DNA of 64,000 nt from Octopus sinensis (lineage: Eukaryota), in assembly GCF_006345805.1 (NCBI RefSeq), contig NC_043002.1:53568001-53632000 (forward strand), written 5' to 3'. A program made the position numbers and the translations under genes. Shown here in pieces: positions 11,312-24,769 of the stretch; positions within the stretch are counted from its first letter, which is position 1, and each line of letters begins with the position of its first letter. The notes under the pieces were generated by a model. It was given only the letters and a program-made list of their open reading frames with translations. It was not told where the DNA came from and ran no database searches.

Positions 11312-11503
11312 GTGTGTTTGTGTGTCTGTGTTTGTCGCCCTAGCATTGCTTGACAACCGATGCTGGTGTGTTTACGTCCCCGCCACTTAGCGGTTCGGCA
11401 AAAGAGACCGATAGAATAAGTACTGGGCTTACAAAGAATAAGTCCCGGGGTCGATTTGCTCGACTAAAGACGGTGCTCCAGCATGGCCGCAGTCAAATGA
11501 CTG
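11066..11503 (+). mobile_element. SINE family A, near full length, fused to U6 copy 2
   Basis: tRNA-like head, internal (CA)/(TA) tract, then the conserved 3' half ending CCAGCATGGCCGCAGTCAAATGACTG; the usual GAAACAAGTAAAAGAG tail is absent. Confidence 0.88.
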
Positions 11504-12857
11504 TAACTCGAAAATTTAAAGAAATTAACAGCCATGAAACGATCGTAGTGTTATATTAATTATATTTTTTAATAATTTTGTTATATATTTAAATAATATA
11601 AATTAAATAATCTTATGTATTGGCTTAAGTTTTTCATCGCATGATTTGCCTAATAGTGGTTTTATCTCTAATTTAATATAATATATATATGTATATATAT
11701 ATATGTGTATATATTATATACATATATATATATATATATGTATGTATATATATAGTCGCTGAACAATGACTATATCAACTATGTGCGTGTTTGTTTCTTA
11801 AGATTTTTTTAAATGATTATATGTTTATATATGTCTGTATAATGGATATATGCGAATGCTTGTCAGTGCTGTTTCAATAATGAGTATTTTATATGAATAA
11901 GTTTCGTGTTAGCTGACTGAAACAGCATAAATGAAAGCAAGTTTCATATCAGTCGATACCGACGCCAGCTGAGTTAACCTATAAGTACATGAGTGTGTGT
12001 GTGTGTGTGTGCAAGTATGAATGTGAGTAGGTGTGTGGGTGTGCGTGTGTGTCTGAGTGTGCGTGCGCGCTCCTGTTTGTGTGCGTGTGCACGAGTGTGT
12101 GTTTATCTGTGTGTGTTTATGTGTGTGTGTGTGTGTGCGTATGTGTGTGTGTTTGTGTGCGTGTGTGTACGTGCCTGTGCATGTGTGTGTTTTTATCTGT
12201 GTGCGTGCGTGTGTGTGTTTGTGTGTAGATATACACTCATGCAACAAATCCCTTACTATTTCCGAAAGACCGGATGTTTGTGTTGTCAGAATTTGCACCA
12301 GTCTACTCATAAAACGATATTATTTCAACATTCAACTACAAGAAAGGAAATATAGCTTGGTTCTTACAACCACTCAAACAATTAGCTTCATCAAGTATTA
12401 CGAGTTAGAAAAGCTGATAAGTAAATCGATAGTCTCTTGAGTTTGACGTCACCTAATTGAAAATTGAGAAATATTTCAATTTATTATACATCTTTCAGTT
12501 TGTGAGAAAATTTTGCTTTCGTATCAAATATCTTCAATAAGAAATGTTTTCTGGTCTTCCTTCCGCAAAACTTTTACATATTGACTTGATATTGAATTAA
12601 TGAAATTCAATTTGTGCTATTTTCTAAGCGAGCAAAAACACACCGAATTTATTTTTATCATAATCAAAATACAAAATTCGCAGATTAATTGATACGATAA
12701 ACGTATAGTGTACATCTGTACGATAAACGTATCGACGTCTACAAAAGTATTATCAAACTGATTTTAATGAATACATATTCTAATAACTAAGAAAATAATA
12801 AAGTTGAATGTTTGATAAAAAAAGAATCACAAGATTTAGAAATACCATCAATATAAG

Positions 12858-13187
12858 TGGGTGAACTGGCGGAATCGTTAGAGCCATTTTGACCGTCATT
12901 ACGTTCTGAGTTCAAATTCCCCCGTAGTCGACTTTGCACAGAGGCCATCCTGACTCCCGTTTGCGCCGTGAACAGGGATTAATCTTCTCTCTTCCCTCCT
13001 TTACGCCAGTTGGGCTCAACTCTCCTTCCCTCTTCATCTAACCTCCTCCCCGTGCCTCTCTCCCCCCTCCTACTTCCTCGCACTCAGCGGGATCGATAAA
13101 ACAAGTAGCAGCAGAAAGCTTGGGTTGATGTAATCGATTTACACTTACCCCTGAAATTGATGATCTTGTGTTAAATTTTGAAACCAA
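12858..13187 (+). mobile_element. SINE family B interrupted by a Penelope-like fragment (about 12939-13088)
   Basis: The head gtgaactggcggaatcgttag..gagttcaaattcc..gtcgactttgc resumes as gggatcgataaaac..ttgaaacc after an insert matching 25560-25680. Confidence 0.65.
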
Positions 13188-13188
13188 A

Positions 13189-13406
13189 GTCGGTGAGCTT
13201 GCAGAATTGGTAGGAGGTCGGATGAAATGCTTTGCGGCAGTTTTTCAGTCTTTACGTCTTGCGTTCAAATTTCGCAGAAGTAGACTTTGCCTTTCTTCCT
13301 TCCGGGGTCGACAAAGATAAATGCCAATGAAATACTGAAATCAATTTAAATCGACTTATCCCCCTCCACTGAATTGCTGGCTTTGTGCCAACATTTGAAA
13401 TCAGTA
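13189..13406 (+). mobile_element. SINE family B (diverged)
   Basis: ggtgagcttgcagaatt..ttcaaattt..gactttgcctttc..ggggtcgac..aattgctggctttgtgccaacatttgaaa. Confidence 0.7.
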
Positions 13407-13555
13407 TTAATAGGAATGCTGTTCACCGCCTATAGATATTTTACCTTCAGACACACAGATAAGTAAACACATTTTTCTCTCACTCTCTCTCTCTCCACGC
13501 ACACGCACATACACACACATACACACACGCACATTCACACATAAACGCGCACACA

Positions 13556-13633
<78 letters not shown>

Positions 13634-14264
13634 CAAAACACACGTATACGTATATATATCTATACACACATACTCGTACGTATGCATAGATATATGCATA
13701 CACACACACTCATAAACGTGGCAGAATATGTTAGACTTTATGTCAAAGCCTCAGTCTTAAATGTATTTATATCAAGAACGCAAAAATCTAAGGGATCTTC
13801 CGCATACTTAAGGAATAAAAAAATTCGTCTATAGAAACAGATGTACACACTCATCTCGTGAAATCGAAGCTATTCTTGATAGCCACATTGTCTTTTGGAA
13901 GCCATCGCCGTTAGAACATTTTGAGCTAAGACTCGTTGGCGCTTATACCAGTATGTTATAGGTTGTTTGTTATATTTTCCGGAAAACATGTTTAGCCAGA
14001 ACAAAGACTATATGGCATCAGCAAGAGAAGCCTGCTTTTTGCAGGATAATCTTGCAGATATAGCTAAGAATTTATTAGTCACATACTCCAGCAAAGGAAA
14101 AGAAAACAAACCCTCTTCGTCGATAAGGTCTGCTCAAGTATGGGTTATTGTCTTTGAGACTTCCAGAATGCTGAGCCAATCGTGACAGGTGTGGTAATCG
14201 AGTCGGTCAATTCAGAGCAAGCTTAACCAAAGAAGTTATTTTGTGCTAATAGTCCGGAGATTTA

Positions 14265-14477
14265 AGGCGACGAGCTGGCAGAATCGTGTACACGCCGGGC
14301 AAATGCTTAATAGTATTTCGTCAATCATCACTTTCTGAGTTCAAATTCTGCTGAGGTCGACTTTGCCTTTCGTCCTCTTAGGATCGATAAAATAACTACC
14401 AGTTGAACGAGGGTCAATTTAATCGACTTACCCCTTTCTCCAAAAGTGCCGGCCTTGTGCCATAATTTGAAAGCAAT
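14265..14477 (+). mobile_element. SINE family B
   Basis: AAGGCGACGAGCTGGCAGAATCG..GAGTTCAAATTC (B box)..GAGGTCGACTTTGCCTTTC..GGCCTTGTGCCATAATTTGAAA. Confidence 0.8.
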
Positions 14478-15262
14478 TTTCAGACAGTTTGACTTTCATA
14501 CAGCAGCCTTCGACAGATATTAGTCACAAAGTCAGTCACCGATACTATGTACATTGTTCTGGAGTTAGATTGCAAATATGTTCTGCCGTATCCTTCCGGT
14601 TGAGATTAGTTTTGCTTTTGAGTTCATTATTGATTTTGAATAAACCTATGACATAAAGCAGTATGATTTCATACAACATCCTCCATAAAATTTAATAAAC
14701 GAAAAACCCCACTGATATGACATATCATTCTAGACATATCTAAAGTAAAAAAAATCGATGCAAATTCTTCCTATATAATATCGTACATTTTACTAATCAA
14801 TCACGAAATACTTCTGTTAAATCATACAATTCACATTGAAATTCAAAACCATTACATCAAAAACGTTCAAAGCTAAACCGAGCTCAAGCCGTTCTATCTT
14901 ATTTAGCAAGAACGAATGCATTACAGTATGTTGGCGCAGAGGCTGGTGAAATCGTAAGCCAACAGTTAATAATTAATTTGATTTTATAAGTAACTGTTTT
15001 GGCGAAGGTGTATAGGAACATCAGAATTATAACATCCTAGAGTAGGAGTTGGCCTCAGCTAACGAGTAGAAGAAACATCGCAGACTCCTTGTTGAGAGGA
15101 AAAGTAAAAAATTCTCATATAAACCAGTAGATTAATAATATCACTAAATATGGTTGCCAGTTTTTTGCTTTAAACATATCCTTGCCAATGACTATTTAAA
15201 GGCTTCATGTCCGACCCCAAAATACAAGATTCCTCTGATCATGAACTTAACAAAAAGAGAGA

Positions 15263-15334
<72 letters not shown>

Positions 15335-15579
15335 CATGCTGGTGTAAGCGCCAACGAGCCTTAGCTCAAAATGTTCGAATGGTGATGACTTTCAGAAGAC
15401 AACGGGGCAATCAAGTATAGCCACGGTTTCACTAGATGAGTGTATACGTTTGTTTCTTTAGACGAATTTCCTTATTCCTTAAGTATGCGAAAGATCCCTT
15501 AGATTTTTGAATTCTTAATATAAATATATTAAAGCCTGAGGCTTTGACATAAATTCTGACATATTCTACCCCGTTTGAG

Positions 15580-15686
<107 letters not shown>

Positions 15687-16029
15687 GTGTGTGTGTGTGT
15701 ATAAAACTGCATCGACAAGACTATCGGACGTTGTTGCAAATCACAGGAGAAAAGGACTTTCTTGTTTTGAACGATGCCATCCCGCTCGTTTGGCGGGCAG
15801 GCTAACATTCTCTCTGAACAGAATAATAGTCCGTCACGGAGTTACCGTTTAATAGCTAAGCGAACTGGTGTAGTGTTAAACCGTATATTTGTTTCGCAAG
15901 AAATCAACGCCGGTCTCGAAATCGACTCCCCGATCCTGCGATCATGTATGAAACAGTCTAGCCACTATAGTATCGCACAGAAGCCATTAGGCTACGTGCC
16001 TACGAACACACACACACACACACACACAC

Positions 16030-16076
<47 letters not shown>

Positions 16077-16202
16077 GTATATATACACAAATATATACGC
16101 ACACATATGTATACATGTGTATACACATATATATTCACACACACATACATACATATATATGCACATAAATATATGCATACATCAGTATATAATGCGTTAG
16201 TG

Positions 16203-16245
<43 letters not shown>

Positions 16246-17744
16246 TCGTGTGAATACACACATCACACTGAATAACATATTCGTACTATTGATTTCAAAT
16301 ATAAGGGAAACTTCCTATATTTATAAACGACGAAGTCCGCGTAACATCCTCTATTTTTCTACAATCAGTTAGCGAAATCAAATATTTTGTTAGCTTCCAC
16401 ACAAGCGTATCAGTTGTGAACAATAATTAGACTATTATCAAATGTTATTAAAATACGATTTATCTGTTTGAGTAAACTTAAGTGAAAAATTGATTAGTAT
16501 GACCATTAAGAATAAAATAACCACTGATGTTGTTTGTAGCAGATTTTATCCAAATTATGAGACTGATAACAAGTGATAACTTTATATTTACACATAAAAT
16601 ATTAGAGAAGCCCTGTCAAAGAAATTAGTACATGAATTTATTTGGCGATTGTGTTCTTTTGATCAACTTATTCAAAGAACGCTACAATTTAATGATATCA
16701 AGATAAATACAGATAAAATAAATTAATAATAATGGCCTTTAAAGGAAAATCTTGTACAATCTTGTACAATGCACAAATACAAAGTTATATTCGAAACTGC
16801 CCGCATACAGAAAACAATGTTTCTCAATTTTCAATGAAGGCTTAAATCTTTGCACTATCATTCTAAAATTTCTCTCCTGTAATCTCGATGCTGTTGTTTA
16901 GCTCAGTGTTGGTCCTCATCTAGTATACATATCGTCATAAGCATTCTAGTCGTGATCATCCAACCTTTTTATTCACGCACAGTATTTCAAGTGCTACATT
17001 TTCTAATTTGTTATTCCATGCTAAAGAGGTTTGGCTATGATTTATAAGAGGAAGCAAAACAATATAATATATTCTTCAGTGCTTGATCTGTAATCTCTAC
17101 AGAAGTTGATGAATATTGCATATGCACGTATTGAGATTACTGTTGTCACTATTGCGCAGTGAGCAGGCAATGATCTACGGCGTTTCAGTGACAACGTCCT
17201 GTATTTGTCTTTTTTGTGTTTGTTTGTTTTTGATGGTGGGGATTGTAGATTGAGAACATTAACATGTGTGTCTTCTCATTTTACTGTTGTTCCAAGCATA
17301 TCTTGCGACCTCGTAGTGGTTCATTTGTTAGCTACAGTTCTCTTCTTAGCTCAATTTGTCATTAGATTACTTCTTTAACAGTGCTAGTGAAAATGCTTTT
17401 TACAAAACTAATGCAGCGCTCATTAAAGAACGGCAACTTTGAAGTAGCAAAGAGTGTTGCTTTTATCTGAAAATGTCTACTAGACTCAACCACGAACCGA
17501 AATTTTGCTCTAGTACTCAGTAAAAAGAGAAGGTAAACGCCATGTTCAGTTCTGCTTTAGAAATTCAGAGCCTTGGTTTAGATTTAATCCATATACAATG
17601 CAAAAATTACAACGGTCCACATAATACCATTCTCACCAGGCATTAACACTCAATCTCAGGTTGTTATCTTATTGGATTACCTTGGCTGAATAATACAATA
17701 TACATTTCTTACATATTAATTATTTGCACAAAATGCGTAGGAGT

Positions 17745-18100
17745 GGCTGTGTGGTAAGTAGCTTGCTTACGAACCACATGGTTCCGGGTTCAGTCCCACT
17801 GCGTGGTACCTTGGGCAAGTGTATTCTACTATAGCAACGAGTGGATTTGGTAGACGGAAACTGAAAGAAGCCTGTTGTATATATATATATGTGTGTATGT
17901 TTGTGTGTTGTGTTTGTCCCCACCAACATCGCTTGACAACCGATGCTGGTGTGTTTACGTCCCTGTAACTTAGCGGTTCAGCAAAAGAGACTGATAGAAT
18001 AAGTACTAGGCTTACAAAGAATAAGTCCTGGGGTCGATTTCCTCGACTAAAGGCGGTGCTCCAGCATGGCCACAGTCAAATGACTGAAACAAGTAAATGA
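17745..18100 (+). mobile_element. SINE family A with a small internal deletion
   Basis: GCGTAGGAGTGGCTGTGTGG..GGGTTCAGTCCC..internal TA/TG tract..GACTGAAACAAGTAAATGAGAGTAAATGAGTAAA tail. Confidence 0.88.
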
Positions 18101-19337
18101 GAGTAAATGAGTAAATGCATAGAAGTATCTCATAGACGCAAAATTGAATCTAAATATCCCTGTAGTACTGCATACCAGATACAAGTCACTAAGCATATGT
18201 TCAGAGCTGCTATACAAATCTGGGGCAATGGATAAAATTCATTTTGCGGATAATGTTTCTTGTGGAGCAATTTACTATCAGTCTAATCGGACGTTAGAAT
18301 CAACTCACCGACTGATATCTTTTCCGACTAACATACATTATATAATGGCGTTTCTATTAATTCTTACGCGTGATTTGCTGTTCTGACAACAGATTCTCCA
18401 CATGGTCACTGTACACGTTAACAGTAACTGCCAATTCTCCATCATACATCTTCAGGTTTTAGAAAAAAGCATTTATAATAACAATATTATCATAAAATGC
18501 AAAACTAAAAATCGGGGAAAAACATGACGGATATCTATGATTATAGATCCGCTCCATGAGAACCGAGGAGTGGTGAAACAACAACAGGAATAATAAAACC
18601 ACACTTAAAACCTGCAGCAAAAAGTTTTGATCACTTAGTGTGAAATTCCATCTGGTATTTCATTTAAGAGCGTCATTCAAATTTAGCTATTTTTAATACA
18701 TTGATTTTTATATCGATTAAAACTATACATACGTATGAGAGAGTCTCCTGTATCTGTTCAAATGTACTATATGCATGTGTGCGTGCACGTGTGTCTGAGT
18801 GTGTGTGTTTGTGTGTGGGTGTGGTGTATTTATTTAATTTTCAGTAGTCTAGGCAATCTATTTTTACGGAATATCTTAATGATTCAATGACTCTGGAAGC
18901 ATTAATTAGTTAAATTAAATTTTATTTGAGATGTGCAATGTTTACATTTCAGAAATAATTATTATTGTAACTTCACCAATTTTTGTGGCAAAATCCCTGG
19001 TATTACCAGACAAGCTATCGATATTGCTTCTTAATCACCTCCATGCACTCTGTGAGTAATTCTTACATTTACATAAACGGTGTGAATGTGTGAATATCAG
19101 TATGCGTATGCGTGCTTGTAAGTGGGTGTGTAGGCGTGCCTGTGTGAATGTGTGAGTGCTAGTATGTATCAGTTTAGTGTGCTGCAGCATAACCCGCAAC
19201 TCAGTTTCCATTGGATGTAGTAATACTGCCATTGACATCATTATACTTGTCATGACTAAACACACTCGATGTTGATTATATCTGACACAGAGCACGTCTG
19301 CTGAAGGTAGGGAAAGCAAAGTCGGATCTGGCTGAAA

Positions 19338-19548
19338 TCCTTTCTACTATAGACACAAGGATCAAATTTGGGAGAAGAGGGTTGGCGATTACTTCGACCC
19401 AGTGCTGAACAAGTACTTATTTTAACGACTTCGAAAGGTTGAAAGGCGTAGTCAACCTCGGCAGAAGTTGAGCTCAGAATATAAAGACAGACGTAAAGCC
19501 CCTAAGCTAATTGTCCAACGTGCTAACGATTCTGCTTCACGCTGCCTT
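19338..19548 (-). mobile_element. SINE family B (diverged)
   Basis: Reverse complement of the family B pattern (aaggcagcgtgaagcagaatcgttagcacg..gaggttgactacgcctttc). Confidence 0.7.
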
Positions 19549-19889
19549 CGGACTTGACAGAAATCAAACTCAGAAGGTAAAGCAATATAACTAGACACTG
19601 CAAAACATTTTGTTCGTCACTCTGCCAATTAAAATAGTACAGAGCCTTCATTATAAAGCTTTTGAAAAAGGGATGGGCACACTTTATTCTCATTTTCTGT
19701 TCATGTTTTTAAAATACACCTTCGTGATCGTTTGAAAAGAAACCGGTTTGTTGACCGTGATTTAAACAATTCTGTTTCATTTTTAATGATGACAACGAGA
19801 GTAACACTTTTCACGGTAAAAATCCCAACAACCCCATACACAAAACCGATAGCTCTCTACTTTATCACTGCATAAACGCAGGTAAATAT

Positions 19890-20305
19890 CGTTATCTTTT
19901 TATCTCTTTAATTGTTTTAGTCATTGGACTGTGATCAAGCTGGAGCATCGTCTTTACGCGCTTAGTCAAACAAATCTTATTGTTCTAAGACTGGTACTTA
20001 TTGTACCGACCGCTATGTTGCGGCGATGTCTACAAACCAGCCTGGTTATCAGGCGGTGTTGGAGGCTTATAAAATCACAAACAAACACACACACTCTCTC
20101 TCACACACACGCGCACACACACACACCCGCACGCACGCACTCACATACTTACATATGTGCATGCTTACATGCATGCTTACATACATGAATACATACATAC
20201 ATACATACGTACCTACATACATACATACATATATACATACATACATGCATACATACATACATACATACATACATACATACATACATACATACATACATAC
20301 ATACA

Positions 20306-20338
<33 letters not shown>

Positions 20339-20480
20339 GTATGTACACATTTTCTGCATAAACGTGGCTCACAAGCTAATGGTCGGTTCGGGCGCAACAA
20401 TAGAAAATACTTGCTCAAGATACTGCTCTCGGAACTTTATGGTTGCAAAACGAGCATCTTAAACACACAGCTATGCCTAT
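19890..20480 (-). mobile_element. Old SINE family A copy with an expanded internal microsatellite
   Basis: Diverged 3' half at about 19890-20065 and 5' half at about 20370-20480, separated by CA/TACA repeats. Confidence 0.5.
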
Positions 20481-21049
20481 TCATAAAGTGCTAAATGTTT
20501 AATGTTTAAAGTTCATTGAATAGCAATGCCAAAATTTCCTCGCGGAAACTCTTTCGTAATCATGCAAAAGCTAAAAGCATACGATGATGATTCTAATAGC
20601 ATTAGAAAATCGACATTTACTGAATGCAACGACACCATAGACTGGAGTTAGTCTTAATTTTAGAGGTAACTGCTGAACGCTACGGCCATACCTCAGTCAC
20701 GTAAGACTTTCTTATTGACGCTTTTCTTATCAGTTGACGAGACTTTGAGATGATCAGTGTATACTGAAATACAGGTGAAATAGTGGTGTTAATTATACAT
20801 TCAACAACAGTCTTAAAGGAAAATATATTAAGAGAGTGGTTTGCATATTAATTACACATATATTAGAGGCTCACATATGTATTTGATTGACTTGAAAAAT
20901 TATCATTGAAAGTATCCAAGTTATTTTTCTTTCAGACTTTAAACAACCATATAGGGAGGTTTAATCTGTTGGTTGCATATGTAATTCTAGTTAACCAAAT
21001 ATTTTCAACTCGCTCTGACGTATGGGAAACACTATTTAGTACAATAAAT

Positions 21050-21480
21050 ATGTAAAACACTCAACATTTGCACAACATAGAGAAAATACCACCAGCATTG
21101 CCCAACTGACCTTAACATTAGATTTATAATTCACCCAAGGTTGAGGTCACGTGTTATACGCCCCCAACACAATTCAGGATTACAACAAGTAAATTCACTG
21201 TAGCACAATTTCTTTTCCTCAACAAACCCTGCTCTATTCTAAATTGTCCCAAATACATCAAAGAAAAAGGATCCTATCACCTTCGAACGAAACCTGGACA
21301 CATTTCTTCAAGCGATACCAGATCAGCCATCTATTTCTGGATACCTCTCAATCAACAAAACTCCCTTCTTGAAAGGACTATTATACCACAAAACTGTACT
21401 TCAAAATGACTTAGTAGATTCTATCAGGCGGTGCTATTAAGTTAGGCACAGCCTGAGCCAATCTTTGTGTAAAACATATC
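21050..21480 (+). mobile_element. CR1/L2-group LINE 3' remnant
   Basis: Decayed reading gives HPRL.., PALF.., KDPITFERNLDTFLQAIPDQPSISGY, the typical LD.FL..IPDQP C-terminus of CR1/L2-group ORF2. Confidence 0.6.
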
Positions 21481-21565
21481 CAAGTTATCGCTTGTATACG
21501 CAATCAACGTCACAACACTTCATGTATATATATCCGTATCCTTATACATATATATATGGAGTGAA

Positions 21566-21880
21566 CACACCGTCGGTTATGACGACGAGGGTCCCAGCTG
21601 ATACGATCAACGGAACAGATTGCTCGTAAAATTAATGTGCAAGTGGCTGAGCACTCCAGACACGTGTACCAAGTAGTTCTCCGGGAGATTCAGCGTGATA
21701 CAGAGTGTGGCAAGGCTGGCCCTTTGAAATTCAGGTACTATTCATTTTTGATAGTTGAGTGGACTGGAGCAACGTGAAATCAAGTGTCTTGCGCAAGGAC
21801 ACAACGCGCCGCCGGGAATCGAACTCACGACCTTACGATCGTGAGCGGAATGCCCTAACCACTAAGCCACGCGCCTTCAC
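21566..21880 (-). mobile_element. tRNA-derived SINE family D
   Basis: Minus strand GTGAAGGCGCGTGGCTTAGTGGTTAGGG (A box)..GAGTTCGATTCCC (B box)..GTGTCCTTGCGCAAGACACTT..TTGCTCCAGTCCACTCA conserved central block. Confidence 0.8.
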
Positions 21881-22029
21881 ACACACACACACACACACGT
21901 GTGTGTGCGTGCGCGCGTGACGGACTATCCCGTCGAAGACGACGTATGAGTGTTCAGCTTTTGCCGTATGACCTGCACAAATGATTTGATTATAATGATC
22001 AAAGTGTCTGTACATTAGCTCACTCCATC

Positions 22030-22209
22030 CATTCAATCGACGTCGTCTCAACAGGAGCAGTGTGTACCACACGTCAGGTGTCAAAGTGATCGAAGAGCAG
22101 CGTGAGATGAAGTGTTTTGCTCAAGAACACAATGCACTACCAGGTCTAAGTACTGAAACCACGATCTAGCGATCATGAGTACGGCACTCTAATCACTAGG
22201 TCATGTGCC
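22030..22209 (-). mobile_element. Diverged tRNA-derived SINE related to families D/E
   Basis: Minus strand tgacctagtgattagag..gtggtttcagtactt..gtgttcttgagcaaaacacttcatctcacgctgctct. Confidence 0.55.
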
Positions 22210-22603
22210 CTCATATATATCTAGCTTGGAAGTTGGTTTAAAGACCATGAACGAAGCTTCGTAGATAACGATCTCCTGTTGTATATGCAACTGCCCATAT
22301 TTTGTGCAGTGGCAACACATGTAGTTCATCATAACCATAAAAATATGCTGTTTGATATTGTAAAATAAAAGGAAATAAATTATGAGTATGTACCAGTCGC
22401 TATATTCTCTATTGTTATTATTATTGCCATTATACACTCCAGATGATATTACCATCCGCTGAAGCGAGCATTAAATTACCAATCGGGAAAATTTACAGCG
22501 TGAGTAGTCATAGACGATAGACGTTAAATATCAATCGATTTGGTTAGCCATAACCTGGAACATACCTGAGAGCTACCACAGTATCCGCTCGGATAATATA
22601 GTC

Positions 22604-22673
<70 letters not shown>

Positions 22674-24769
22674 GCATACATATATACATACAAACACACA
22701 TATACGCACAAACACAAACAACATATATATGCTTATATTGCTTAATAATAACGAGACTTCCATTGCCTCTTCAAATTGTCCTTAAAAATATGGCCCATTT
22801 CCATCAACATCATTTTTCATTAAATATTTCAATTTGTTGACTTTATTCATATTACCTCTCTTGCATATCATTTTAGATTTTATATACCCGTCAAAGGCAG
22901 TTTCGTCTACTAATTTCTTGGATGATATTAGTTAGGGGAAGGGTTTTTGACTTGCTATTGTGCATATAAGTGGACATAATGTGTGAGTATTTAGTATGCA
23001 AAAGGCTCACCACCACAACGTCGGTTTGTCTTAACCACATTGGAAATATTGAGTCGGTTATCACGATCTATAAAAAACGATAGCAACATATTTAAGATTT
23101 ATTTATTATTGATTTTATTTGGATTCTTTATTTCTTGCTTTATTTGTTATATATATTTTCCTCTTGAATTCTTTAAGGAGAAAACATTGGTTGATTTAAG
23201 TCTTCAGAAAAAAAAAGAAATCAGATTAAATATTTCCATTACGAAATAATTTCCTGTGTCCTCAATATATGAACTGGCTTGGAATAGATCGGTATTGAAA
23301 TACAAAAATAGCTTGCCCGTAAAAACTTCTAAGACACTTTGGTTGTCTGAAAAGAGAGGTTAATTTTCGTTCTCAAGCGAAAATTCATTGGATCTCATAA
23401 AAGAAAATAGGAGGGATAAAATATATATTGTTGATATATACTGCACTTTAAGGCCTTAAGTTGCACACGGCGATAATTGCTTCTATTTCTAAGCTAGGTT
23501 ATGGTAATATGAATTTTTTTCTCGTATAAATACGTACATCTCTCTCTATACATGCCTATATGTATGTGCGTGCGTGTGCGTGCGTGTGCGTGCGTGTGCG
23601 TGCGTGTGCGTTTGTGTCTGTGAGTGTGTATACATGTATACAAGCCGATGAGTTAAAACTATAATCCAAGTCCAATCAAAATTATGTGTGCATACATGCA
23701 TACATACATACATGCACACATGTATACACACACATATATATGCATACAAGGATATGTAAATATGCATACATTTATTCATATGTATGCATAAATACATTAT
23801 TATATGGGTAGTGTAGGAGTGTACACAAATATATCCATATACATGTATGTATTTATATACTCACGCACACATGCATACACATACGCATATGAGTCAACTG
23901 TGTAAAAATCATATATATATTCTGCGTATATGCGTGTCTTCGTGTGTGGTTGTGTTAGTGTATGTTTAGAGTTTTATGGAGTTCTTATTTCTTTTTATGC
24001 TTTATGTTTATTGTTAATCAATCTTAACGTGCATTTGTCTGTGTGTTTGTGCATAGTTGTTTGCGTATGGATGCGCTATGACCAAGTGTGTAGTAATATT
24101 ATTACACATGGATGTTTAGTAAAGGAAAATGTGAGTGTTTATCGAATATGTGTCTGTGAGGTAAGGCATGTGTGATTGCCTCTTTTTATATGTGTGCATC
24201 TGTGTGTTACCAGTGTATAAATAGGGCGGTGTTATGTTGCGTTGTTGTTTATACATCTATGTAGTTGCTACGAAAGTGTGCTTCTCCCTGAGTTTGTATT
24301 TATGACGTTAGTATGTGTAAGTACGATGCTTTTGTGGGAATGCGTATTTGGTTGTGAGTGTCTGAGTATACATATGTAAACATACGTATGTAGTTGTCTG
24401 TATAATGTGTGCGAAGTGGTGAGGTGTGTGTAAAAACATGTAGGGTACAGGTTGACTTTATGTGTAAAGAAAATTTGATGGCTGAAAATGAGTTCTGTTC
24501 CTGTTGAAGACGTATGCCTGTGTAATCGATAAAGTGGAGTTACGCTCTTTACGAAGATATGGCAAACATATTGACAAGCAGAGAAGAGGTGAACGACGGA
24601 CCATTCACTATCGAAAAAACTGTCACGCTGGTATTCGATGAAAAAGGCAACCATCATGAGATTTGTATCGATATAGAAGTTGCAGAATGTATAATTTATA
24701 GAACTACACACACACTCACCCCCACCACATATATATATATATATATATATATGTAGGTGCATATGTAGG

